A stretch of 64,000 nt of DNA, taken from assembly GCA_964645485.1 (NCBI GenBank), contig CAZXZO010000005.1, forward strand, positions 1,281-65,280, written 5' to 3'. A program made the translations under genes and the position numbers. Positions 36,952 through 46,291 of this stretch are shown here, one piece after another (position 1 is the stretch's first letter; each line of letters opens with the position of its first letter). Under the pieces are notes generated by a model. That model did no database searches. It saw only the letters and a list, made by a program, of their open reading frames with translations, and was not told the DNA's origin. Source of the stretch: an uncultured Candidatus Poseidoniales archaeon (GTDB lineage: Archaea; Thermoplasmatota; Poseidoniia; Poseidoniales; Thalassarchaeaceae).

Positions 36952-39900
36952 TTACGCCCATTGGTCACAATGCTGGCCTTGGCCGGGGAAACTATTGCCT
37001 TCTCTTGGGTTAGTGTGCCATTTGTGTTCGCAGTCATTGAAGAAACCATCTCCATCAACATCCATCTTGGCATCTGCCCCATCAAATGGGTCGAACCGGA
37101 AGTAATACTCCCAGCCATCGAACATACTGTCACCATCACTATCCATGTGGTAAACCTCAGGACCATCTTCCAATCCATCGCCATCAGTATCATTCAGGAC
37201 CGGATTTGTGCCATTCAGCATCTCCTCGTAGTTAGTGTAATTCTCCAAGTCGTTGTAGAATTTGGCTCCTCCAGGAGTGTCAGGGTCAATGTGGCAAAGA
37301 GAGGAGGTAGGGTCATTCCATCCAGGACAGAATCTATTCAGCTCCGCCGTTCGATTCTTTCCATCCTGGTCAAAGTCTTCATCACCGTCCATCACCCCGT
37401 CTAAGTCACTATCTTCAAGTGCAGGGTCCATAGGTCCCCTTGCTCCAAGGTTTTGTAAAGTGGTATTGTCAACCAATCCTTGAGAAATAGCCTGGGCACT
37501 ATACTTCACTTCCCAACCATCTGGTAACTTATCGTTATCAGTATCGTCATTCACGGGGTTTGTATTCCAGCGATTTGGTCCTTCCATCTCATTTGGAAGC
37601 GAATCATTGTCGATGTCATAATCAGCATCTGGAAGTGAGCCAAGAGCAGGGTCAAGAGCCCAACGTCCGCTATTTTCTGGAATAGCGAAGTTTGTCAAAT
37701 TCATGTCCCATAAGAAGTATTTAGGATCAGGTTCTCCATCATTATTCTCATCTCCTCCAGAGGCAAATCCTTGAATCCAATTATTCCACAGCCAACCACC
37801 TGGGCCACGTGTGCATCCTACATCTGTACAACCTGGTGGTTGGAAATTCGATGTGGTAACCCAAAGGCTGTGTGAATTTGTATTGTCCATGGTTGACTGA
37901 ACCTGCATTTCCCAGCCATCAAGCATTCCATCTTGGTCGGTGTCATTGACTAGTGGGTTTGTTGCGGCTTGCCATGGTCTTGGAATGTAAAGAACTTCAT
38001 TGCCATCATTTAATCCATCATCATCAGAGTCTGAATCATTTGCGTTAGTGACATAATTATCTAATCCCAAGATTACTTCTTCACCATCTTCCAATCCATC
38101 GATGTCTGTGTCAAACATACTTGCATTGGTGAAGTAAGGTTCTCCTAACCATTGGAAGCCATCTACGGCTTCAACGTAATCTTCCAATCCATCGCTGTCT
38201 GTATCTTTGTTAGATGCATTTGTGTATGTTTCTCCAAACTCTCTCCAGTCTGTTAGACCATCATCATCGGTATCAACATCACCTGGGTCAGATGTTACAA
38301 GAATAGTGTGAACCCCCCGGCTCACAACTAAGATTTCCCAACCCATGACTTCTATGCCATCAATCAATCCATCTCCGTCAGTATCTGCATTAAGAGGGTC
38401 TGTTGAACGGCCATCCATAATACCATCATTATCACGGTCTCTTGCTTGATATTCCATCAGATTCGTGAACATTTCACTTTCTTCAACAATTGTCATCCAA
38501 ACATAATTTCGGCTTGTAACTTCGTTTTCAGTTGCTGGACCTTCTAGAAGACTTAGTGCGGGGATTCCATAGACATATCCAGCGCTTGGTGCCTTGATCG
38601 GTACTGTTTCTTCGTTGCCACCTGCATGAGTGATTTTTGCATATGCTACAGTCTGATTTGCTTCTACATATTCCATCAATTCAACAGTTATTGAGTAAAC
38701 TCTAGCAATACCCGTTAAATCACTGTAAGTGACTTTACCATTGCCATTTGCATCCCAACCATCCATATCTGGGTCAGTGTATGCGTTTTCTCCATCAACT
38801 GGATTCAATCCATTGTCAGCTTCCCAACCATCTGGCATTCCATCTTCGTCAGTGTCTGCTGTCAGAGGGCTTGTGAAATTTGATGCACCCCAAACTCGAG
38901 CAACATCGTATTCTGCTCGGTTGTTTAGTCCGTCCTCATCTTCATCTCCAAATGCATCGGATGCATTTGCAGCATTCAGTAAAGTGTCGTAACAATATTC
39001 GAATCCGTCAGGCATTCCATCACCATCAGTATCCCAATCGCCTGGACCATTATTGCGTCCGTCCCCATCCATGTCCTCAATGAACCAGTTTAGGGGGTCA
39101 ACAGTGCTTGGGAATGAGTTTAGAAGGGATGTAAATGGTCCATCTTTGGTTGGGCCTGTAATCACTGCTTTTCCACAGACGACTTCAAGTTCGATGGAAA
39201 CCATGGAAACCTCAACTTGGTCCCCAATTAGGTCACCATCACTGTCTTCTGATAGTGGATTTGTTCCATAACTTTCCTCGGCAAAATTTGCCAATGTATC
39301 GGAATCAAAGTCTAAAACTTGGTCACAGGAATGTTGGCCTGCGAAATTCTCCAGTTCCTCCCAAAGTTCAGCGCCGAAGGTTTGTTCTAAATTTGCTTCT
39401 GATTCTGGGTCAAGTAGAACACAATCCCAGTTTCCATTTAGGGGGTCAAATAGTGTCAAGTCACCTGATTGAGTAACCATGTCAAATGTGTAGAGTGATT
39501 CCCACTTGTCGTTAAGTCCATCACCATCGGTGTCATTTCGTCTTGGGTCTGTTCCCAATTCCATTTCTTCAATATTTACTAGACCATCTTTGTCAGGGTC
39601 TCCAAGAGGTCCATTATCCGGGTCGGGCCAGGTTTCATCGGAACCAGAATTGTCATCCCCGGTATCAGTTTCAGTTTCGGTTATGATTTCCTCTAGACCA
39701 GCATCACCACTGTCTAGCGGGTTTAATCCAGCATTTACTTCGTAGCCATCGGTCATCCCATCTCCGTCAGTATCTTCATCGTAGGGGTCAGTGCCGTAGG
39801 TGTTTCTTTCTAGTCGGTCACTTAGGCCATCTTCATCGGCATCTTCCATATTTTCATTGAAGACGGTGTCGTCATCAAGGATGTCTGAAGCGCCATCTTC

Positions 39901-40020
39901 GTAGTCAATCGCAGTGCTCATTATACTGCCTGCAATACTGTATGTTCCTGCTAAGCAGAGGGTTACTGTAATTGCAACTACTGCCCATTGATTATGTGTC
40001 AATGCCATGTTATTCACCAC
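36952..40020 (-). CDS. Large acidic cell-surface protein with ~25 DxDxDG (TSP3-like) Ca-binding repeats and an N-terminal membrane anchor
   Basis: Recurrent TNP..DTDGDG(L/M).DG.E motifs throughout and a hydrophobic N-terminal segment. Confidence 0.85.
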   Translation of the reverse strand: MVNNMALTHNQWAVVAITVTLCLAGTYSIAGSIMSTAIDYEDGASDILDDDTVFNENMEDADEDGLSDRLERNTYGTDPYDEDTDGDGMTDGYEVNAGLNPLDSGDAGLEEIITETETDTGDDNSGSDETWPDPDNGPLGDPDKDGLVNIEEMELGTDPRRNDTDGDGLNDKWESLYTFDMVTQSGDLTLFDPLNGNWDCVLLDPESEANLEQTFGAELWEELENFAGQHSCDQVLDFDSDTLANFAEESYGTNPLSEDSDGDLIGDQVEVSMVSIELEVVCGKAVITGPTKDGPFTSLLNSFPSTVDPLNWFIEDMDGDGRNNGPGDWDTDGDGMPDGFEYCYDTLLNAANASDAFGDEDEDGLNNRAEYDVARVWGASNFTSPLTADTDEDGMPDGWEADNGLNPVDGENAYTDPDMDGWDANGNGKVTYSDLTGIARVYSITVELMEYVEANQTVAYAKITHAGGNEETVPIKAPSAGYVYGIPALSLLEGPATENEVTSRNYVWMTIVEESEMFTNLMEYQARDRDNDGIMDGRSTDPLNADTDGDGLIDGIEVMGWEILVVSRGVHTILVTSDPGDVDTDDDGLTDWREFGETYTNASNKDTDSDGLEDYVEAVDGFQWLGEPYFTNASMFDTDIDGLEDGEEVILGLDNYVTNANDSDSDDDGLNDGNEVLYIPRPWQAATNPLVNDTDQDGMLDGWEMQVQSTMDNTNSHSLWVTTSNFQPPGCTDVGCTRGPGGWLWNNWIQGFASGGDENNDGEPDPKYFLWDMNLTNFAIPENSGRWALDPALGSLPDADYDIDNDSLPNEMEGPNRWNTNPVNDDTDNDKLPDGWEVKYSAQAISQGLVDNTTLQNLGARGPMDPALEDSDLDGVMDGDEDFDQDGKNRTAELNRFCPGWNDPTSSLCHIDPDTPGGAKFYNDLENYTNYEEMLNGTNPVLNDTDGDGLEDGPEVYHMDSDGDSMFDGWEYYFRFDPFDGADAKMDVDGDGFFNDCEHKWHTNPREGNSFPGQGQHCDQWA

Positions 40021-40121
40021 TGGCCGTAGGCCAATTCCTTTTCACGACTTGCCGTACCCTGTTTAAGGTTTAACCGAAAGCGTTTGACAATTGCTCTTCA
40101 CCAAGTTAGCCCTGAATGTGG

Positions 40122-41231
40122 TCATGCGAGGTCATAGAGACTAGATATCTCTAGAATATGGCCCTTGTGAGAACAACTCCAAATGAGTTTACATGGTCGA
40201 GCCTCTGACCTTTCCCACGCACCAGCAAGTATGCCTGCTGCAACTGCTGGATGGAAGAGTTTTGATAGGTGCAATTTAACTCCTCCATTGTCATCAATTT
40301 CCTCAACTGATGTCACCCCACCTAAGCCGGTTCGAGTGAGAAAACGGTGGCCAACATGAACCCAGTGTTCTGGTTCAGCGATTAACACCATTTGGTCTGT
40401 AGTCAAGAACCTGATTTTGCTTGCTTCAGCAAATCCAGTCCAAATTTTATGACGCTCATTATCTTGCAATGTTTGCCAAGTGAATTTGTTAGAATCAATA
40501 CCTGTTGAGTCGAGAAGATGGGGCATAACACTCTCTTCAAATCTCAACAACATGTCTCTAGAGATGCACATCATTCGGATACCATCAATTGACCAAACAC
40601 CGGCAAAATCATGATGTCCAAGTGCAAGTGGATGCATTCCATCTGCATCGGGGTCGGATTTGGAATTGTCCGTCCACCGGTGGTCAACTTTCATCGCCTT
40701 TGGGATGAATCGCTTATCTACCTCCAAAGTGACCAAACATTCCGCATTTCCATCATCGGTCCAATGGAATCTAAATCTAGAGTCGGTCAAAAATTCTTGA
40801 GTTGCTGCGGCCCAACCAGCCGAAAGTGCAGAATGTGCCCGATTATGAATAATCAATTTTGTAGATTCAGATTCAACTTTCATAATTTCTAATTTGCCCA
40901 ATCCTCGAATTTCCCAGTTCTTATTTATCCATTCAAGGCGTTTGGCCATTTTATTAAAAATTGGATTTGGCATCTCTTCTGAAGAATTGGCTAAACGATA
41001 TTCTTCTGATTCAGCCGCGGCGTGAGATATTTTTCTGCCCAGCGGAAGGCCGACCAAATTTTCTAATTCTGACAACCACATCTCGAAATCATTGATTGAG
41101 ATGAAATAATAGGGCTCTGCACCAGTGTCTACTTCCCTCAATAACCCACATGTTGTAGGTGTGAACTTAGATTTTAGGAGGTCAGAGAACCAAGGAGTAT
41201 CGTCTTTTGATACTTCATCTATTAGTGGCAC
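40122..41231 (-). CDS. Hypothetical protein with two degenerate V4R-like halves
   Basis: Internal duplication: RGLGK..AHSALSAGWAAA..E and RTGLGG..HPAVAAGILAGAWE. GTG start. Confidence 0.55.
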   Translation of the reverse strand: MPLIDEVSKDDTPWFSDLLKSKFTPTTCGLLREVDTGAEPYYFISINDFEMWLSELENLVGLPLGRKISHAAAESEEYRLANSSEEMPNPIFNKMAKRLEWINKNWEIRGLGKLEIMKVESESTKLIIHNRAHSALSAGWAAATQEFLTDSRFRFHWTDDGNAECLVTLEVDKRFIPKAMKVDHRWTDNSKSDPDADGMHPLALGHHDFAGVWSIDGIRMMCISRDMLLRFEESVMPHLLDSTGIDSNKFTWQTLQDNERHKIWTGFAEASKIRFLTTDQMVLIAEPEHWVHVGHRFLTRTGLGGVTSVEEIDDNGGVKLHLSKLFHPAVAAGILAGAWERSEARPCKLIWSCSHKGHILEISSLYDLA

Positions 41232-41324
41232 AGTTGAATCCTGCGGAACCTCCTCAATTGATGTTTCTATTCAAAGTTCATCCGCAATCACTTCAATAGT
41301 TCATTACTTGAAACCAATTTAAAC

Positions 41325-44300
41325 TCAATTATTGTTTTCATTCTCCCCATACCTGTCTGGAGAACTAGGACGACTGGAAGGTCGCTTGATTCCTTCAGAT
41401 TCAGAAATTAGTGAATGGCTGGATATGTGCTTCTTTCCTAAATTTGGTTCCATAATAGGAATTTTCTCTAGTCGGTCCATGGGTTGTTCAGAAGTGATTG
41501 ATGAACGAATTTTCCTGCCGCGGTATGCAGCGGGGCCGATAAGAATCTCAAGTGCACGTTGATCTTTATTCATTGGTTTCGGCCGTTTATTCCACCACTC
41601 AACAGGTAGAGGAGAACAACGAGCAAGAGGCTGAGATATTAGTTCACGGCGTCTTTTTGAGATGTTACTCGCAATATTTTTTGCCTGTTTCTTAGGTAAA
41701 CGAACAACAAGCCATCCAGGCATTCCTAAGTCGTAGACCACGCGATTGATTGTAACAAGAAGACCTGACAACAACAAGTGTGTTCCAACAGGAATCTTCT
41801 CTGGGTCAAAACTAACCTTGTATCTCCTCAGTCTTTTAGCGTAGGCTATCATTGCTTTTTGGTCCCTGTGTTTTATTACCCGCCGTTGTAACTTCCGGAA
41901 TCGTAATGCGAAGAAATGTAATATGATTAAAGATGATGTAATTGCAACGCCTAAAACGTCATTTGAACTTCTATCATAGGCTATCAAACCAAATATTATC
42001 CAAGTTGGAAGAAGGACAATCCAGTTGAATAATCTCAGGATGAACGAAGGCGTGTAACGCGGGGTCATTCTTCTCTCAATTGCTTCATGAGCCGCGATAA
42101 AAATATTCGCATTTATTGCTTCATCTTCTCCATTTTTTGCTAATAATGCTGCAATTGGATTTGTTGGTGCTTCATCAATCCATCTCCGTTTCTCTTTAGG
42201 ATTTGGCTCAATGATAGCCGATTCTAGTTCATTAGCAGGTGCTGCGAAACCCAGAATCATCCCTAATGATTTTACTCGGGGGTCTTCAGGAGAACTAGTT
42301 TGTAATTCTTCGAATATGTCAAGTGCATCAAACCATTCTCCATTGTCAATCAAACAAAGTGATGCAGCAATTCTTGCCTTTGCGCTGTTGGGATTCCTTC
42401 GAATTGCTTCAAGGGATAATTCAAGTGCTTCTTCATGTCTCCTTTCAGCGCGTAATTTAGCAACTGAACTTATCATGGCGTGAAGGCTCAATGAGTCTTT
42501 GTATATCGTGTCTATAGATGTAGATGGGTCCCACCTCATCAATCTCTTTTGCAATTCTTGCAAGTAATGTATAGCAGAACTATCCTCCCAATCATAGAAG
42601 TCATCATTTTTGACTGAGCCAGCCCATGGGTCAAACCATTCTGCTACCAAAGAGAGAATTTCAGGTTCATCATAACCATCGGGCTGTTCTAGGCCTCTAA
42701 GAGCCTCTCTTGCTGCATCCAATCGTCTAGAAGCAATGTGCCCTGCAGCAATTATCATCCTCGCTTCATCATCATCACCACCCTGTTGTGCCAACAATTT
42801 CCTAGCAACATCAATTGCTTCTGGCCATAAACCACGAAGTGCACATTCAAGCATTCTTGCTCTACTTTTTTCTAATTGAACGACTAGTTGGTTGCCTTGT
42901 ATGGAGTCAGATTGGAATCTCCTTAATGCATTGAGGTCATCACGGTATGCTGCTTCCTCAACATAATTTCTCATCCAATCGCCTCCACCTGAAAGAATTG
43001 CACCTTCTCTTCTCTCATCCGGATTTAGGTCAAACCTAAGGTTCTTCATCAAACTGAAACGTCCAAGACTGAGAATCCAGGTCAATAGGAAAATTGCTTG
43101 TCCAGCAGCTATGAATTGCCAAGTTTCCGCTAGTAAAATTTCTTCGGAAAGTAGGGGGGTCGAGTCTCCATACGGCATTAAATGACTAAATTCTTTGTAA
43201 GTTTGTAGAATGATCAGCAGAATAGAATATCCACTGAACCCCGCTAGTCCAAAGAATAGAACTCTGCCCTGAACTTTTACCTCACTCCGTATTTCCCTAG
43301 GCCTAGCCAAAATGACTCCACCAATACCACCAAATGTTTGTCCTCCTAGGAATAGGTTCCGTGTCAGTTCAAAAATGAACGCTAATCCTACAACTGCTAC
43401 GTTCAGCATCAAGTATGATGCTAATGTGATCTCAAGTGCTTTCAGCGAAATTATTTTTTGAAGAATTGGATTATCTTCAACAAATTGATAAATTTCCCAG
43501 CCTATTATTCCACCCAAGTCAAGCATAGAATTTGCATCAACCGGGCTTTCAAGTTCAACATAAATTAGAGTTACAATTCCGTTGACGGCTGTGAGTGGCA
43601 TCGTTGCCAAAAATACGACAATGAGTAATGATGCAAAGCGCTTGAAAATCCCTGGTTTATCGGGATCAATTGCTGTTCTCCGACCTTTCATGGTGCGCCA
43701 TTTGTTGATAATTAGGGTGTTCCACGAAGCACCCATTATCCGGCCATAGGCAAGAATTGTGGGAGACATGAATGTCAGTAAGGCAAAACCTACCCACCTA
43801 CCAAAAATCTCATCTTCAGTGCCCAAGGATGACTTTTGATATCCTACAAATAGAACCATTCCTGTTGCCGAAATGACCATTGCAATTGTCGCAAATGAGC
43901 CATACATTCTCTTCAATGCGGATAATTTTCTGGAGTCACCTGTTTGCTTCGAAAGTTGAGCGTAGAGTGTTACGAAGGGTGAAATCATTATCGGGTATGC
44001 AACCAATATTAACATCATGTAGATTACTGGTTGGTAGAAAGTTGATGGCTCAATTAGCAGTTCACATACGATTAACAAAATACCTGTCATTGCCAATAAA
44101 TAGGCCAAGGAACCAATCAGGACTCTTGGTGCATTTAGTAAATTCATGACTTCGTTTCTGTTTTTACTCAAACGATGTACTTCGTACAACCCATCATCTA
44201 CCTCAAAGGCTACCTGTAAATTTGAAAGAGAAAGTGGGAGTAGCCATCGCCAAAGCATCAAACCAACCATTATTGCGATTGCAAGTGGTGCGAGTAAACT

Positions 44301-44426
44301 TGGGTCAAAAGTACCAGCACTCACAATTGTTGGGCTGGCACTCACAAATGGCACCTTCAAGATGGCCAGGAGGGTGAGAATAGTTGCCAATAAAGCGGTT
44401 TTCCGAATACTACCGCCTCCTGCCAT
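41325..44426 (-). CDS. Large polytopic membrane protein with a central TPR-like region
   Basis: About 10-12 hydrophobic helices, helical TPR-like repeats (EAIRRNPNSAKARIAAS..EWFDALDIFEEL..PED) and a basic C-terminal tail. Confidence 0.7.
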   Translation of the reverse strand: MAGGGSIRKTALLATILTLLAILKVPFVSASPTIVSAGTFDPSLLAPLAIAIMVGLMLWRWLLPLSLSNLQVAFEVDDGLYEVHRLSKNRNEVMNLLNAPRVLIGSLAYLLAMTGILLIVCELLIEPSTFYQPVIYMMLILVAYPIMISPFVTLYAQLSKQTGDSRKLSALKRMYGSFATIAMVISATGMVLFVGYQKSSLGTEDEIFGRWVGFALLTFMSPTILAYGRIMGASWNTLIINKWRTMKGRRTAIDPDKPGIFKRFASLLIVVFLATMPLTAVNGIVTLIYVELESPVDANSMLDLGGIIGWEIYQFVEDNPILQKIISLKALEITLASYLMLNVAVVGLAFIFELTRNLFLGGQTFGGIGGVILARPREIRSEVKVQGRVLFFGLAGFSGYSILLIILQTYKEFSHLMPYGDSTPLLSEEILLAETWQFIAAGQAIFLLTWILSLGRFSLMKNLRFDLNPDERREGAILSGGGDWMRNYVEEAAYRDDLNALRRFQSDSIQGNQLVVQLEKSRARMLECALRGLWPEAIDVARKLLAQQGGDDDEARMIIAAGHIASRRLDAAREALRGLEQPDGYDEPEILSLVAEWFDPWAGSVKNDDFYDWEDSSAIHYLQELQKRLMRWDPSTSIDTIYKDSLSLHAMISSVAKLRAERRHEEALELSLEAIRRNPNSAKARIAASLCLIDNGEWFDALDIFEELQTSSPEDPRVKSLGMILGFAAPANELESAIIEPNPKEKRRWIDEAPTNPIAALLAKNGEDEAINANIFIAAHEAIERRMTPRYTPSFILRLFNWIVLLPTWIIFGLIAYDRSSNDVLGVAITSSLIILHFFALRFRKLQRRVIKHRDQKAMIAYAKRLRRYKVSFDPEKIPVGTHLLLSGLLVTINRVVYDLGMPGWLVVRLPKKQAKNIASNISKRRRELISQPLARCSPLPVEWWNKRPKPMNKDQRALEILIGPAAYRGRKIRSSITSEQPMDRLEKIPIMEPNLGKKHISSHSLISESEGIKRPSSRPSSPDRYGENENNN

Positions 44427-44513
44427 AATTGGGTCTATGTGGCTACAGTTCTAATCGGTTGTGCCGTTCAGGGTCCTTAGACCCTGAGTCTTTGAGTAAA
44501 CCAAATTGTCGGT

Positions 44514-45728
44514 TTAACTGGTTGAGAGGAATCTTTCAATTCTATCAAAAGCATCCTTCAAAACATCAATGTCAGGTAAGAAAACCATCCTGACAAATCC
44601 TTTTCCAAACTCCGGACTAAATCCAGACCCATGAACCATGAGCACCTTTTCTTGGTGTAATAAATCTAGAACAAATTGCTTATCATCATCTTTCCAACGT
44701 GGGTGAGTTAACTCAACGAATAAATAAAACGCGCCACCAGGTGTCTGAGCACGCAAACCATCTATAGATGAAATGCGTTCCATGCAGTAGTCTCTTTGAC
44801 GCAATAATTTATCACGATAGGAATCCATCCATTCATCATCCGATGTAAGGCCTGCAAGATATCCCATTTGTGCAGGTGTTGAAGCACATAGACGAGAACG
44901 CAAGAGTCGCTCAATGCCGTCGCGGACTAAAGAAAGTCGGCTGGCTGGATCGTAAAATGCCATGTAACCAATTCGCCAACCTGGCGCATAGTAGACCTTG
45001 CTTACCCCATTCATTGTTAGAACTGGAACAGGACTCGCCGCTGAAGTTGCAGCACCTGCAACAGATAGATGGTTTCCTTCAAAATTCAATCCATCGTATA
45101 TTTCGTCAGCGATGATAATACAATTTGGCCATTCTGCAGCAATTTCAATAATTCCTGATACTATTCTCTCGTCAGCAATTCCACCAGTCGGATTATTGGG
45201 ATTAATTAACACCAATAAACGAACAGATTCATCCATTTTAGAACGTATATCATCTAAATCGGGGTACCAACCATTTTGAGAGTCCATTCGATATTCAATC
45301 GTACTGCCACCGTAAAGAGGGGGGTATGTCATGTATGGTGGGTAGTGGGGCCCCGGGGAGAGAACCTTGTCACCTTCTTGTAGAACTGCTGCAAAAACAA
45401 TTTGTAAAGCCTCAGTTACACCATGACAAACGTAGACATCATCTTCTTCGCAAGCCCAACCTTTGCTTTGTTCAGCATTGGCGATTGCTCTACGAAGTTG
45501 TGGAATCCCATACGAGTGTGAATAACCATTTTCTTGGGCCTCAAGCGAGTCTTGAAACGCCTTGACCATGTGAGTTGGAGTCGGTAATCCTGGATATGCT
45601 AACGGGTCTCCAATATTGAGTTTTAGAATTTTATGTCCCTGTTTTTCTAATTCTGTTGCGGGTACCACCACATCACGAATTGCGTACTCAATCTGGGCCG
45701 CTCTATCAGCTACAGGGATTGGTTCCAT
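44514..45728 (-). CDS. PLP-dependent class I/II aminotransferase (AlaA/AlaT-like)
   Basis: Motifs LNIGDP, GVTEAL, INPNNPTG, ADEIYD, NGVSK..PGWRIGY and PGGAFY. Confidence 0.9.
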   Translation of the reverse strand: MEPIPVADRAAQIEYAIRDVVVPATELEKQGHKILKLNIGDPLAYPGLPTPTHMVKAFQDSLEAQENGYSHSYGIPQLRRAIANAEQSKGWACEEDDVYVCHGVTEALQIVFAAVLQEGDKVLSPGPHYPPYMTYPPLYGGSTIEYRMDSQNGWYPDLDDIRSKMDESVRLLVLINPNNPTGGIADERIVSGIIEIAAEWPNCIIIADEIYDGLNFEGNHLSVAGAATSAASPVPVLTMNGVSKVYYAPGWRIGYMAFYDPASRLSLVRDGIERLLRSRLCASTPAQMGYLAGLTSDDEWMDSYRDKLLRQRDYCMERISSIDGLRAQTPGGAFYLFVELTHPRWKDDDKQFVLDLLHQEKVLMVHGSGFSPEFGKGFVRMVFLPDIDVLKDAFDRIERFLSTS

Positions 45729-45764
45729 ATTGCTTCCTCATTCATCTCAAAGGGTATTCTGTTG

Positions 45765-46241
45765 TCACATTGTCGCTTGGTCGATTCCAGCCATTTTGCA
45801 TATTTTTTCAAAGTATTCAGAAGGAACCGGTTGAACACTCAGGCGCTGGCCTTTCTGTAATAATGGCATTCCTTCCAATTCTTCAGTTGCTTTCAAGTCT
45901 GGTAAATTCAAAGGTGAGTCAAAACCAATTACTGGTTCGATGTCTACCATACACCAACGCGGATTTTCCACGGATGATTTTGGGTCATAATAATTTGATT
46001 TTTCATCGTGTGCTGTAAAGTCAGTATATCCTTCCTTAGCAACTCTAGCAATCCCAGCAATGTGAGGTGGTTTGCAATTTGAGTGATAAAATAGAACTAA
46101 ATCACCAATCTTCAAATCGTCTCTCATAAAATTTCTTGCCTGATAATTTCTGACTCCATCCCAGTGCGTCCGCCCATCCTTGACTAATTGCTCCCAAGGG
46201 TAAACGTCCGGTTCACTTTTCATCAACCAATAACGAGTCAT
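45765..46241 (-). CDS. EVE domain protein (THYN1-like)
   Basis: YWLMKSEP, WDGVRNYQARN, FYHSNC, PRW.MVD, RLSVQPV. Confidence 0.95.
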   Translation of the reverse strand: MTRYWLMKSEPDVYPWEQLVKDGRTHWDGVRNYQARNFMRDDLKIGDLVLFYHSNCKPPHIAGIARVAKEGYTDFTAHDEKSNYYDPKSSVENPRWCMVDIEPVIGFDSPLNLPDLKATEELEGMPLLQKGQRLSVQPVPSEYFEKICKMAGIDQATM

Positions 46242-46291
46242 TGGCTGTCCGGGAGAGGTTCAGGTCTATTGCCTAAGCGATAGATTGTCCA

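Noticed and set aside
45765-46241. EVE protein as part of a modification-dependent restriction system
   Set aside because: It is a stand-alone EVE domain between an aminotransferase and an MMPL transporter, with no nuclease or methyltransferase nearby.
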